From NCBI GenBank assembly GCA_031272885.1, contig JAISSX010000008.1, forward strand, positions 782 to 64,781: 64,000 nucleotides of DNA, written 5' to 3'. This DNA comes from Bifidobacteriaceae bacterium (GTDB lineage: Bacteria; Actinomycetota; Actinomycetes; Actinomycetales; WQXJ01). Each line of letters begins with the position of its first letter. Position 1 is the first letter of the stretch. The position numbers were made by a program, and so were the translations under genes. A model generated the notes under the pieces. The model did no database searches, was not told where the DNA came from, and was given only the letters and a program-made list of their open reading frames with translations. Below are positions 26,425 through 36,415 of the stretch, piece by piece.

Positions 26425-29400
26425 ATGGGGGACATCGCAACCAAGCAGCCCCACCATGCGCGGCGCCTGGTCGGCGCCGCGATCGTCAGCGCGCTCGCCC
26501 TGGCCGGTGTCGGCCTGGAAATGGCCCAAGCCGACGGCACGGCCTATTGCGGCGGCCTGACCATCGCCTATACCGGCTCGTCCTACGGTTACATCAGCGG
26601 CAACACCGTGGTGATCGACCAGAACACCAACGCCACCATCAGCGGCACCACCACCACCTGCACCATCCAGACGGCCGCCGGCACCAGCCCCACCATCACG
26701 CTGAACGGCGCCAGTATCACCAGCGCCGACCTCTCGCCCATCGACATTCAAGGTCTGGCCGCCACCATCGTCCTGGCCCCCGGCAGCAACAACACGCTGG
26801 CCAGCACCGCCAACGACTCGGTCTACTACGACACCACCAAGGGCCCGGCCATTCTCCTGGGGGCCAACGCCAACCTGACCATCACCGGCGCCGGCGCGCT
26901 GACCGCCACCGCGACCGGTTATGGCGCGGCCACCATCGGCACGCCGGAGGCGACCGTACCGTTCGGTTCCATCACCATTACCGGCGGCGCCAATGTGACC
27001 GCCTCGGTGGGCAATGACCCGGACCGCACCGACAACCTGGACTATTTCCCGGGCGGCGCGGCCATCGGTACGGCCGGCTGCAGTGATGGTGGCGGCACCA
27101 TCACCATCGACAACGCCACCGTCCACGCCACCGGCGCCTCCGGGGCGTCGATCGGCCAAGGTGAGACGGGCGGGTCCCACTGCGTTTCCAAGACCATCCC
27201 CATCGGCACCATCACCATTCGGAACAATGCCCACGTCACCGTGGACTCGGTCTACGACAACACCAACCCGCCGTACAACTCGAACTTCAACGTGCCGGCC
27301 CTGATCGGTGGCCGCCGCACCTCCAACGTCAACAACACCGGCAGCGTCATCACCATCACCGACTCCAAGGTGATCGCCAACTCGGACTATTCGGTGGGCA
27401 TCGGGGCCGGCTCCACCAACGGCAATTCTTGGCGTTCGGACACGCCCACCATCACCATCTCGAACTCCTACGTCGAGGCCATCAGCACCGACCTGGATGC
27501 CGCCTTGAGGCACACCAACGGCAACGTCGGCATCGGCGCCGGGCAGGTCTACTACGGCGGCATCAGCGGCACCACCTGGTTGGGCGAGATCACCTCCACC
27601 ACTGGCTCTATCACCATCAACCAGAACTCGGTGGTCTACTCCAACCTGATCGAGGGCCTGGGCGTGACCGGCGAGAACGCCTCCACCTTCCGGGTCTTCA
27701 TCCAGAACTCGGTGCTGTTCAAGTACCGCTGGTACTACGACACCGTCACCACCGAGGGCTCTACCTTCCCCTTCGCCACCCAGCGTTACTGGCAGTACCA
27801 CTACTTCAGCACTGTTGTGTCCAGCCCCACCGACCCCAGCCCGGACGCCAACATGTATGTGGGCCTGGCCGTGGGCAACCCCACGCCCAACTGGGACTTC
27901 GAGGTGCCCGCCAACTCGGTGCTGGTCATCACCAGCCAGCCGCAGGCCGGCTACAACAGCTCTACCCTGACCATCCAGCCAGGGGTCAGCCTGGTCAACA
28001 ACGGCACCATCCACGTGGAGGTCAACGGCACCCTGGTCAACCAGGCGCCCATCACCGGCAGCGGCGACATTCTGGTCCACTGGCGCGGCCACTACGGCCG
28101 GGGCGGTGAACGGGTGGCCGGCACCACCAACACGGTGCGCTACAACGCCAACTTCCGGTTCCGCCTCGACGGTTCCGTGTACAGCAGCACCACGCTGCCC
28201 GATGGCTCCGCCCGGCCCACCATCACCTTGGGGGTGGCCGGCAACTGTGCGGCGGGCGCCACCTACGCGCTGAAGGTGAACCCCAACACGCCGTCCAACA
28301 CCACGCCGTCGAGCGCCGGCAACATGGCGGAACACATCTTCCGGGCCGGCGAACTGGGCATCCCCGAGGGTACCTACACCGTTTGCGCCGATGGCGTGGC
28401 CACCGCCCTGACCGTCTCGATCGACAAGGACCACCTGGACGCCACCTACCAGGGTGCGGTGCCCCTGAACATCGACTACTACTCGGTGTCCTACGATGCC
28501 GTCGCCTACAGCCCGGCGACATCGGCCACCGTGACCGGCCGGTACGGTGACAACCTTGAGAACACCATGCCGGGTACCACCTCGACCAGCAACCCCTACG
28601 CCGTCCCCAAGGGCACCCGGGTCAAGCTGACCTGCCTGGGCTCGGTGCCCGCCGGCTACGTGGCCGAATACCTGTGGACCGATGCCGCCGGCATTCAACT
28701 GGGCACCGACCCCGAACTGGAGTATGCCGCGGTGGATGCCCCGGTGTGGGCGTACTGCGAAGTCACCGCCCGGCTCAACGCCACCAGCGCCTCGGCCTTC
28801 ATCCGGTTCGATGACGCCAACAACCAGGACGGCAAACGCCCCATCCCGTACACCACCACGGTGGAGTTGTGGCAGCAGGTTTGGAACGGCAGCTCTTACG
28901 GCAGCGCCACCCACGTGGCGGGCAAGGACATCACGGCCACCATCCCGTCCGGCCAAACCTTCGTTTCGCTGACCCCAACCGAATGGACCGGGCTGCCGGT
29001 GGGGTCCGACCCGTCGCACCCCACCAAGTACCAGGCGGTGGCGGTGACGGTGCCCACCGACTACACAGCCACCTACACCTACACTGGCAACACCGACACC
29101 GAGATCACGCTGACCCACGTCCCGGAGACGACCTCGGTGACGGTGACCAAGGTGTGGGCGGACACTGGCTTTGAGACGCTGCGCCCGGCCGCCATCACGG
29201 TGCAGATCCTGGCCAACGGCACGCCGGTAGGCTCGGCCGTGACGTTGAACGGCTCCGAATCCACGCCCTGGTCCTTCACCCAAACCGGCCTGGCCAAGTA
29301 CGCCGCCGGTTCGCTCATCACCTACACGGTGACCGAGGGTCTGCCGTCCGGTGCGGCCGACCCAGTGGCGTTGTCCCGCTATGCCCGCACCACCACCCGC

Positions 29401-31035
29401 ACCACTACAACCACCGGCGCCTACGTCTTCACGGTCACCAACACGTTCGACCAGACCTATCTCAACCACACCGTCACCAAGGTGTGGCAGGACGATGGCG
29501 ACCGGGACGGCCTGCGGCCCGCTTCGATCCAGGTGCAACTAGAGGTGTCTTACCCGGTGTCCGGGCCGGTCAGCGACCCGGTCTACGGCGCCTGGGCGGC
29601 CTACACCGGCAACATCTTCGACGGCAGCGCCCTGGTCGCCATCGGCGGCGGCAACACGGTGACGCTGAGCGGCACCGACACCACGCCGTGGGCCTACCAG
29701 TGGACCGGCCTGCCGGCCTACGTGGTGGGCGGCACCTATGACAACGTGGCGGTCAAGTACCGGGCGCGGGAGATTTCGACCCTGCCCACCGGCTACACCA
29801 CCACCTACGGTGATGACGGCTTCACCATCACCAACGCCCACACGCCGGCCACCACCAGTTTCACGGTGCGCAAGGTGTGGGACGACGGTGACGACCTGGA
29901 CGGCCTGCGTGAATCACCTAGTTTCACCTTGAGCGGCGGCGGCCAGACGTACGGCCCGGTCACCATTCCGACCGCCAACCTGGCCGATGACGTGTGGACC
30001 TACAGGTGGACCGGCGTACCGGAGAACTCGGCCGGCAGTGCCATCACCTACGTCGTCATTGAGGGTGACATTCCGGCCGGTTACGCCATCACAGCCACCG
30101 GCGGCCTGACCCCGCACGACCTGGATAACACCGACCCTGACACCACTACCCGGGTGGGTTACGAGATCACCAACACACACGTGCCCACCACGGTGTTGAT
30201 CGACCCAGACGACCTGTTCGTGGCGGATGAAACCAAGGTCTACGGCGAGCCTGATCCGTCCCCGTTCCACATCAACGGCTTGCCGGCCGGCAGCTACACG
30301 GCCACGTTCACTCGCACCCCGGGTGAGGACGTTGGTTTGTATGCCATCCGGGTGGCCACCTTGACCTTCACCGACCCGAACTTCCGCCTGGTGGGCACCA
30401 TCGCCGACATCACGCCCGGCACCTTGACCATCACCAAGCGACCGGTGGTGGTGCAGGTGGGCACCCAGACGGTGGCTGAGACCGGCCAGACCATCACCCG
30501 CTGCCTGGCTGCCACGGCCGGCACCACCGGCGTGGGGCCATCCGGTTTGGTGAGCGGGCACCAGTTGGCGCCGGCCTGTGTCAACGCCAGCGGCGTGGCG
30601 CCGGGCACCTATCCGGCCGGGGCCGCGGCGGCTGCCTTCTCAGTACTGGATGGTGGCAGCGATGTCACCAGCAACTATGACGTCACGGTGGCCGATGGCG
30701 CGTTGATCATCACGGCCGTGGAAGGGCCCGGCGACCAGGGCACCTCAGGGCCGTCGCCCTCGACCAGCCCGGGGCCGGCCGCCAGCCCTTCGCCCGGGGC
30801 CTCGACCCCGCCCGCGGTGACGCCATCGGTCACACCTAGCGGCCAGGGGAAGGTGCCGGCCGGGCCGACCGTGGCGCCATCGGCCGCTCCGTCGCCGGGG
30901 GCCAGCCTGCCGGTGATGGGTTCGGACGCCACCACGCCCGCCACGCTGGCCCTGCTGCTGGCCGCCTTAGGCCTGTTGCTGTTGGCCAAGGCCCGCCGCG
31001 CCCGCCTGGCCGGTCCGCCCAAGCACCGCGCCTAA
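26425..31035 (+). CDS. large cell-surface protein: N-terminal beta-helix-like repeat region, CnaB-type domains, MBG domain, and a C-terminal sorting-signal-like anchor
   Basis: About 1536 aa from ATG 26425 (AGGAAGG upstream). Signal: RRLVGAAIVSALALAGVGLEMAQADG. Periodic G-x-ITI-x-N/G-x-V-x-A repeats with (A)AIG motifs span residues about 60-480. Three CnaB-like units: VTKVWADTGFETLRPAAITVQILANG, VTKVWQDDGDRDGLRPASIQVQL, VRKVWDDGDDLDGLRE. MBG-like segment: KVYGEPDPSPF...PGEDVGLYAI. The Pro/Ser stalk ends in LPVMG, a hydrophobic helix, then KARRARL. Confidence 0.85.
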   Translation: MGDIATKQPHHARRLVGAAIVSALALAGVGLEMAQADGTAYCGGLTIAYTGSSYGYISGNTVVIDQNTNATISGTTTTCTIQTAAGTSPTITLNGASITSADLSPIDIQGLAATIVLAPGSNNTLASTANDSVYYDTTKGPAILLGANANLTITGAGALTATATGYGAATIGTPEATVPFGSITITGGANVTASVGNDPDRTDNLDYFPGGAAIGTAGCSDGGGTITIDNATVHATGASGASIGQGETGGSHCVSKTIPIGTITIRNNAHVTVDSVYDNTNPPYNSNFNVPALIGGRRTSNVNNTGSVITITDSKVIANSDYSVGIGAGSTNGNSWRSDTPTITISNSYVEAISTDLDAALRHTNGNVGIGAGQVYYGGISGTTWLGEITSTTGSITINQNSVVYSNLIEGLGVTGENASTFRVFIQNSVLFKYRWYYDTVTTEGSTFPFATQRYWQYHYFSTVVSSPTDPSPDANMYVGLAVGNPTPNWDFEVPANSVLVITSQPQAGYNSSTLTIQPGVSLVNNGTIHVEVNGTLVNQAPITGSGDILVHWRGHYGRGGERVAGTTNTVRYNANFRFRLDGSVYSSTTLPDGSARPTITLGVAGNCAAGATYALKVNPNTPSNTTPSSAGNMAEHIFRAGELGIPEGTYTVCADGVATALTVSIDKDHLDATYQGAVPLNIDYYSVSYDAVAYSPATSATVTGRYGDNLENTMPGTTSTSNPYAVPKGTRVKLTCLGSVPAGYVAEYLWTDAAGIQLGTDPELEYAAVDAPVWAYCEVTARLNATSASAFIRFDDANNQDGKRPIPYTTTVELWQQVWNGSSYGSATHVAGKDITATIPSGQTFVSLTPTEWTGLPVGSDPSHPTKYQAVAVTVPTDYTATYTYTGNTDTEITLTHVPETTSVTVTKVWADTGFETLRPAAITVQILANGTPVGSAVTLNGSESTPWSFTQTGLAKYAAGSLITYTVTEGLPSGAADPVALSRYARTTTRTTTTTGAYVFTVTNTFDQTYLNHTVTKVWQDDGDRDGLRPASIQVQLEVSYPVSGPVSDPVYGAWAAYTGNIFDGSALVAIGGGNTVTLSGTDTTPWAYQWTGLPAYVVGGTYDNVAVKYRAREISTLPTGYTTTYGDDGFTITNAHTPATTSFTVRKVWDDGDDLDGLRESPSFTLSGGGQTYGPVTIPTANLADDVWTYRWTGVPENSAGSAITYVVIEGDIPAGYAITATGGLTPHDLDNTDPDTTTRVGYEITNTHVPTTVLIDPDDLFVADETKVYGEPDPSPFHINGLPAGSYTATFTRTPGEDVGLYAIRVATLTFTDPNFRLVGTIADITPGTLTITKRPVVVQVGTQTVAETGQTITRCLAATAGTTGVGPSGLVSGHQLAPACVNASGVAPGTYPAGAAAAAFSVLDGGSDVTSNYDVTVADGALIITAVEGPGDQGTSGPSPSTSPGPAASPSPGASTPPAVTPSVTPSGQGKVPAGPTVAPSAAPSPGASLPVMGSDATTPATLALLLAALGLLLLAKARRARLAGPPKHRA

Positions 31036-31092
31036 ACGAGTGGCTGGCCGCTCTCCTCGCCCCGCCCGGCCCGGCCGTGGGAGAATCGCGGC

Positions 31093-33150
31093 ATGCAATT
31101 GAGTGCCGCGGCGGCCGGCTACCTGCGGGTGGCGGCCTGTTCGTTCCCCGTCAAGCTGGCCCAGCCCCAGGCCAACGCCCAAACCGTGGCGGACCGGGCG
31201 GCATCGGCGGCAGCACAGGGCGCCCAACTGGCCGTCTTCCCGGAGCTGTGCCTGACCGGCTACTCACTGGATGACCTGTTTATGCAGCAACTGGTGTTGG
31301 ACCAGGTCAAGGCCGCCCTGACGGACCTGGCCCAGGCTGCCAGGGACCTGCCGTTGGCGCTGGTGGTGGGCGCACCCCTGCGTGGCACCCACCGTCTCTA
31401 CAACTGCGCCGTGGTGGTTGCGGGTGGCGAGATTCTGGGTGCCGTGCCCAAGAGCTACCTGCCCAATTACCGCGAGTTCTACGAGCACCGCCAGTTCGCC
31501 AGCGGCGTGGGCGTCGAAGAAGCCGCCCAGGTGGGCCCCCACCAGGTGCAGATCAGCGACCGCCTGCTGTTCGACCTGACGTACGGACCGGAAATGACTT
31601 TCACCCTTGGTGTGGAGGTGTGCGAGGACCTGTGGGTGCCCATCTCGCCCGGGGCGGAGGCGGCGCTGGCCGGCGCTGAGGTCATCGCCAATCTGAGTGG
31701 CAGCCCCATCACCGTGGCCAAGGCCCGCGAGCGCGCCCGCCTGTGCGAGGTGCAGTCATCCAAGCTGTTGGCCGGCTACGTCTATGCCGCCGCCGGGGCT
31801 GGCGAATCATCGACCGACCTGAGCTGGGACGGTCAAACCCTGGTTTTCGAACGCGGCGAGGCCTTGGCCGAAGGCGCGCGCTTCGTGGACGGCCCGGTCA
31901 CCACCCTGGCGGATGTGGACCTGGCCTTGATCCGCCAGGACCGGCTGCGGCAGGGCAGTTTCGACGACAACCGGCTGGCTTTCGCCGACCGGATTGATGA
32001 CTTCCTGCGGGTGGCGGCCACGCTGCCCGCGACCCCGGCCGCCGTCGGCACCCCGGGTACCCTCTACCGCCGGCTGGCCCGCTTCCCCTTTGTGCCCGAT
32101 GACGCGGCCCGCCTCGATCAAGACTGTTACGAGGCGTACAACATCCAGGTGAGCGGCCTGGTGCAGCGGATGCGCGCCATCGGACAACCCAAGATCGTCA
32201 TCGGAGTGAGCGGTGGGCTTGACTCCACCCACGCCCTCATCGTGGCCGCTAAGGCGATGGACACCCAGGGCCGGCCCCGGGCGGACATTTTGGCCTACAC
32301 AATGCCGGGCTTCGCCACCTCAGACCACACCAAGGCCAACGCCACCGCCTTGGCCACCGCCCTAGGTGTCACCTTTGAGGAACTGGACATCAAGCCGGCG
32401 GCTGAGCAGATGCTGGCCGGCCTGCGCCACCCGTACGCCGCCGGGCAGCCGGTCTACGACGTCACTTTTGAGAACGTCCAGGCCGGCCTGCGCACCGACT
32501 ACCTGTTCAGGTTGGCCAACCACCACGGCGGCATTGTGCTGGGGACGGGCGACCTGAGCGAACTGGCGCTGGGCTGGTGTACCTACGGCGTGGGCGACCA
32601 AATGTCGCACTACAACGTCAACTGCGGTGTGCCCAAAACCCTGATCCAGCACCTGATCCGGTGGGTCATCCGTACCGGACAGTTTGACGCCGCGGTGGGC
32701 CAGGTGTTGCAGTCGATCGTGGACACCGAGATCAGCCCCGAACTGGTGCCGGCCGGGGCGGATGGTTCGCTTCAGTCGACCCAGTCGCAGATCGGCCCTT
32801 ACCCGCTGCAGGATTTCACGCTCTACTACGTGCTGCGGTACGGCCTCACCCCGCGGCAGATCCTGTTCCGGCTGCACCAGGCTTGGGGGGATGCGGCGGC
32901 CGGGGAGTGGCCGGACGGCGTGCCCGATGGCGACCGGCGCGGCTATCCGTTGGCAGAACTGGTCAAGTGGCTGGGGGTGTTCTGCGACCGCTTCTTCAGT
33001 GCACAGTTCAAGCGGTCGGCCGTGCCCAACGGGCCGAAGGTGGTGCGGGGCGGGGCGCTGTCACCGCGCGGCGATTGGCGCCAGCCCAGCGACGCGATGG
33101 GCGAACTATGGCGGGCCGAATTGGCCGCCTTGCGGGACGAGCTGGGCTAG
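31093..33150 (+). CDS. nadE: glutamine-dependent NAD+ synthetase (long form: CN-hydrolase domain plus synthetase domain)
   Basis: 685 aa. N-terminal nitrilase-like domain (LRVAACSFPV...; EVCEDLW) and C-terminal ATP-PPase motif VIGVSGGLDSTHALIVAAKA. Same architecture as mycobacterial NadE. Confidence 0.9.
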   Translation: MQLSAAAAGYLRVAACSFPVKLAQPQANAQTVADRAASAAAQGAQLAVFPELCLTGYSLDDLFMQQLVLDQVKAALTDLAQAARDLPLALVVGAPLRGTHRLYNCAVVVAGGEILGAVPKSYLPNYREFYEHRQFASGVGVEEAAQVGPHQVQISDRLLFDLTYGPEMTFTLGVEVCEDLWVPISPGAEAALAGAEVIANLSGSPITVAKARERARLCEVQSSKLLAGYVYAAAGAGESSTDLSWDGQTLVFERGEALAEGARFVDGPVTTLADVDLALIRQDRLRQGSFDDNRLAFADRIDDFLRVAATLPATPAAVGTPGTLYRRLARFPFVPDDAARLDQDCYEAYNIQVSGLVQRMRAIGQPKIVIGVSGGLDSTHALIVAAKAMDTQGRPRADILAYTMPGFATSDHTKANATALATALGVTFEELDIKPAAEQMLAGLRHPYAAGQPVYDVTFENVQAGLRTDYLFRLANHHGGIVLGTGDLSELALGWCTYGVGDQMSHYNVNCGVPKTLIQHLIRWVIRTGQFDAAVGQVLQSIVDTEISPELVPAGADGSLQSTQSQIGPYPLQDFTLYYVLRYGLTPRQILFRLHQAWGDAAAGEWPDGVPDGDRRGYPLAELVKWLGVFCDRFFSAQFKRSAVPNGPKVVRGGALSPRGDWRQPSDAMGELWRAELAALRDELG

Positions 33151-33153
33151 CCG

Positions 33154-34668
33154 TTAGCCCAGGCGGACCATCGACCAGGAGACAGGTGGCAGCGTCAGCT
33201 TCAACACGCCATCGGCCAGCGAGGCCGTCTGGTTGGGCTGTGGCAGAACGGTATCGGCATCGTCCGCCGAGGCTTTCCAATTCGGGTCGTCATGGGCGTA
33301 GGTGACGGCCTCGGTCAGGTGCAGGCCCGGGATCGCCTTGAACGACACCCGCACCGCCGCCTCTTCCTCCAGCGAGCGGTTGACCAGGAACAATGCCACC
33401 TGCTTGGGGGCGGACTTGGTGCGCCCGGGGGCCAAGGTGGCCACGGCATCGACGGCAGGGATGTCGCCGAACTGCTGGGTGGCCACCACGGATGACTGCA
33501 CGGCCGGGCGCAGCACGTCGCCGGCCGCGTAACGGGAGGTGAGGGCGAACGGATGGAAGATGGTCTGGCGCCAGGCCCGGCCGCCGGGCTCGGTCATGAT
33601 GGGGGCGATGACGTTGACCAGTTGGGCCAGCGAGGCCGCTTCCACCCGGTCGGTGTGCCGCAACAGCGAGATCAACAGGCTGCCCACCACCACCGCATCA
33701 GCCACCGAATAGCGGTCTTCGATCAGAACCGGGGCGAACGGCCAGTCGGAACCCGTGGGCGCAGCCATGTCCTCCATGTACCAGACGTTCCACTCATCGA
33801 AGCTGATGTTGATGCGTTTGGTCCGCTTCAGCGCTGCCCGCACCGAATCGGCCGTGGCCACCACCGAGTCGATGAAGTAGTCCATGTTGACGGCCGAGGC
33901 CAGGAACGAGGCCATGTCGCCGCCCCACGGGCAGTAGTAGGCGTGAGCGCTGATCATGTCGACCACGTCATAGGCCTCAGTCAGGACGGCGTTCTCCCAG
34001 GCCGCGAACGTCTCCATGGTGGAACTGGAGGAACCGCAGGCCACCAGCTTCAGGTCCGGGTCCAGTTGGCGCATCGCCCGGGCGGTCTCGGCCGCCAGGC
34101 GGCCGTACTCGTGGGCCGTCTTGTGGCCCGTCTGCCAGGGGCCGTCCATCTCGTTGCCCAGGCACCACAGGCGGACGTTGTGGGGTTCATCCGAGCCGTT
34201 GGCGCGGCGCCGTTCGGACAGTTCCGTACCGCCCGGGAAGTTACAGTATTCCAGCAGGTCAAGGGCCTCTTCCAGGCCGCGGGTACCCAGGTTGACGGCC
34301 AGCATCGGCTCGATCCCGGCCAGGCGGCACCAGGCCATGAACTCGTCCACGCCCACCGTGTTTGGTTCCATGGAGTGCCAGGCTAGGGACAGGCGCACTG
34401 GCCGGGTCTCTTGTGGGCCCACGCCGTCCTCCCAGCGGTAGCTGGAGACGAAATTGCCGCCGGGGTAGCGGATGGTGCTGACACCCAATTCGCGGGTTAG
34501 TTCCAGTACGTCGCCGCGGAAACCGCCCGCCACCGCGGTGGGATGGTCCGGCTCGTAGATGCCGGTGTAGACACAGCGGCCCATGTGTTCTACGAACGAT
34601 CCGAAGGTTTGGCGCCGCACCGGGCCAACCACGAAGGCTGGATCAACGGTGATGGTGGCGTGGTGCAT
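33154..34668 (-). CDS. abfA: alpha-L-arabinofuranosidase, GH51
   Basis: 504 aa. IRYPGGNFVSSYRWEDGVGP, and the catalytic-acid region WCLGNEMDGPWQ. Length is typical of GH51 AbfA. Confidence 0.9.
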   Translation of the reverse strand: MHHATITVDPAFVVGPVRRQTFGSFVEHMGRCVYTGIYEPDHPTAVAGGFRGDVLELTRELGVSTIRYPGGNFVSSYRWEDGVGPQETRPVRLSLAWHSMEPNTVGVDEFMAWCRLAGIEPMLAVNLGTRGLEEALDLLEYCNFPGGTELSERRRANGSDEPHNVRLWCLGNEMDGPWQTGHKTAHEYGRLAAETARAMRQLDPDLKLVACGSSSSTMETFAAWENAVLTEAYDVVDMISAHAYYCPWGGDMASFLASAVNMDYFIDSVVATADSVRAALKRTKRINISFDEWNVWYMEDMAAPTGSDWPFAPVLIEDRYSVADAVVVGSLLISLLRHTDRVEAASLAQLVNVIAPIMTEPGGRAWRQTIFHPFALTSRYAAGDVLRPAVQSSVVATQQFGDIPAVDAVATLAPGRTKSAPKQVALFLVNRSLEEEAAVRVSFKAIPGLHLTEAVTYAHDDPNWKASADDADTVLPQPNQTASLADGVLKLTLPPVSWSMVRLG

Positions 34669-34761
34669 GGGACTATCTCCTTCACAGGCGGTGCGGTTGG
34701 CGCCAAGGCAGGGACGGTGTATCAGCGCAGCTTAGGCAAGACTAGCGTGCTGACCTGGGGT

Positions 34762-36189
34762 CTAGGCGACGAAAGATTTGTGCTCCCACCGGCCGGACAG
34801 CAACCGGGCGCCGTAGAGGGCGGATCGCAGGCCCCATTCCACCACCATTGCTACCCATACCCCCACCGTGCCGTAGCCCAGGTGGACGGCCATGAACCAG
34901 GCCCCGGCCACCCGGAAGGCCATCGCCCCCGTGGCCACGATGGTGCTGTACACGGCATCGCCGGCTGCTCGCAAGCCGCTGGGCAGGATGTAAGACATGG
35001 CCCACAGGAAGGTGACCCGCCCCAAGGCGGCCAGGAGAAACACCTTCATCACATCGCCACGCAGGTCCGATGGCGTGTGGTACAGGTTCAACAGCCACGG
35101 GAAGGCAGCCAGGACCACCACGGTGACGGCGCAGGACACCACCACCGAGGCGGTGATGAAGCTGAGAATCACCCGGCGGGCTTCACGCGGCCGGCCGGCA
35201 CCGATAGCCTGCCCCACCAGCGGCACGATGCCGATGATCATGGCTTGGGGTGCCATCTCGCACAGGGAGATCAGGCCCTGGCCCACCGCGTTGATGGTGA
35301 TTTGGCCCGTGCCCAACGAGACGACGAAGAACTGGATTACCAGTTTGCCGCCGTTGAAGAACAGGTTTTCCAGCACAAACGGCACACAGATGTGGAAGAC
35401 CCGGCCGATCATGGCCAGGTCTGGCCGGCCGGTCTTGACGCCCACGCCCAAGCGGGTGTCGTGCTTGTACCACCACAGCGCCAGGCCGGCCGCCAGGTAG
35501 CGGGACACCACCAGCGAGATGGCCAGGCCGGCCACAGCCAGGTGGGCGCCGTAGATCAGGCCGGCCGCCAGCAGCAGGGTGCCACCATTCATGGTGACGG
35601 TCAGGAACAGGGTGGGCCGGGTGTGGCCCACGCCGCGCATGGCAGCCGAGGCGGCCTCCACCAGGGCGTGGGCCGGGTAGGAGGCGGCGGCTGCAATCAG
35701 GTAGACCCGGGCGTGGTCTACCACCGCCTGGCCGGCCGGGCCCACCAGGGCGTCCAGCAGCGGCCGGTGGAAGGCCACCAGGGCGCCGCCCACCAGTGCC
35801 GCCGGGGCGGCGGCGGACCACAAGGTGGCGGCGCCGGCGCGGGTCATCTGCTTGGTGTCACCCTTGCCGGCGCACTGGGCCACCAGCACCGAGCCGGCCG
35901 CCGCCACCGACACGAAGGTGCCCAAGGTGACGGCGTTGATGTACTCAACCGTGCTGACGGCGCTGATCGCCTCGATGCCGGCGCCGGACACCAGCATGGG
36001 CCCTAAGGCGCCGAAGCCGATGATGAAGCCCTGGCTGATCACCACCGGAATCAGCATCGCCAGCACCATTCGGGCGGTGAAGCCACCGGTGGCGAACCAA
36101 CGGTTCAGTCGCTGCCCGATGGCGCGCCGCAGCCCGGATTGGGCTGGTTGGGTGGGCTGCGGTGCCTGGCGGGGGGTGCGGGGTGGCAC
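34762..36189 (-). CDS. MATE-family efflux transporter
   Basis: 475 aa with about 12 TM helices in a twofold-repeat pattern. Sequence character is typical of MATE/NorM-like pumps. Confidence 0.8.
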   Translation of the reverse strand: MPPRTPRQAPQPTQPAQSGLRRAIGQRLNRWFATGGFTARMVLAMLIPVVISQGFIIGFGALGPMLVSGAGIEAISAVSTVEYINAVTLGTFVSVAAAGSVLVAQCAGKGDTKQMTRAGAATLWSAAAPAALVGGALVAFHRPLLDALVGPAGQAVVDHARVYLIAAAASYPAHALVEAASAAMRGVGHTRPTLFLTVTMNGGTLLLAAGLIYGAHLAVAGLAISLVVSRYLAAGLALWWYKHDTRLGVGVKTGRPDLAMIGRVFHICVPFVLENLFFNGGKLVIQFFVVSLGTGQITINAVGQGLISLCEMAPQAMIIGIVPLVGQAIGAGRPREARRVILSFITASVVVSCAVTVVVLAAFPWLLNLYHTPSDLRGDVMKVFLLAALGRVTFLWAMSYILPSGLRAAGDAVYSTIVATGAMAFRVAGAWFMAVHLGYGTVGVWVAMVVEWGLRSALYGARLLSGRWEHKSFVA

Positions 36190-36415
36190 GTGCCACCATG
36201 CTAGTCACTTTGGGTTGGTCCGCTGAGCCCCTGGGCCGCTGGCGCGCCGGGGCCTGATCCGCTGGCGGGCACGCCTGGGCCGTAGGTGTGCTGGTCAGGG
36301 AGGCCCTGTGACCATATGATTTACCGCGGCGGCCCGCTCGCCAAGGGCTGTCCCCCCATTACAGGCCCCTTCCGCCCGGCGGCGGTGGCCTGGCGACGAA
36401 AGGAACCTCAGACCA

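Noticed and set aside
26389-29538. A 1049-aa ORF antisense to the 1538-aa surface-protein gene. Similar long antisense or off-frame ORFs occur at 11953-14094 (713 aa), 54347-56392 (681 aa), 34543-36006, 40607-41926, 16538-17671, 43901-44851 and 46099-47184.
   Set aside because: Stop codons are rare in any frame at 70% GC. These translations are Gly/Arg/His/Asp/Val-rich with no motifs, signals or RBS. The opposite-strand products carry clear family signatures.
36215-36305. TPP-riboswitch-like pieces upstream of the NCS1 permease: CTGAGC, CCTGATCC and CAGGGAGG in the correct order.
   Set aside because: The invariant CUGAGA is CUGAGC here. No ACCC partner for P2 is present. The P4/P5 region holds about 33 nt instead of the UGG-AUAAU-GCCA pyrophosphate-sensor helix. 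By hand the fold does not fit, so only an Infernal scan could revive it.
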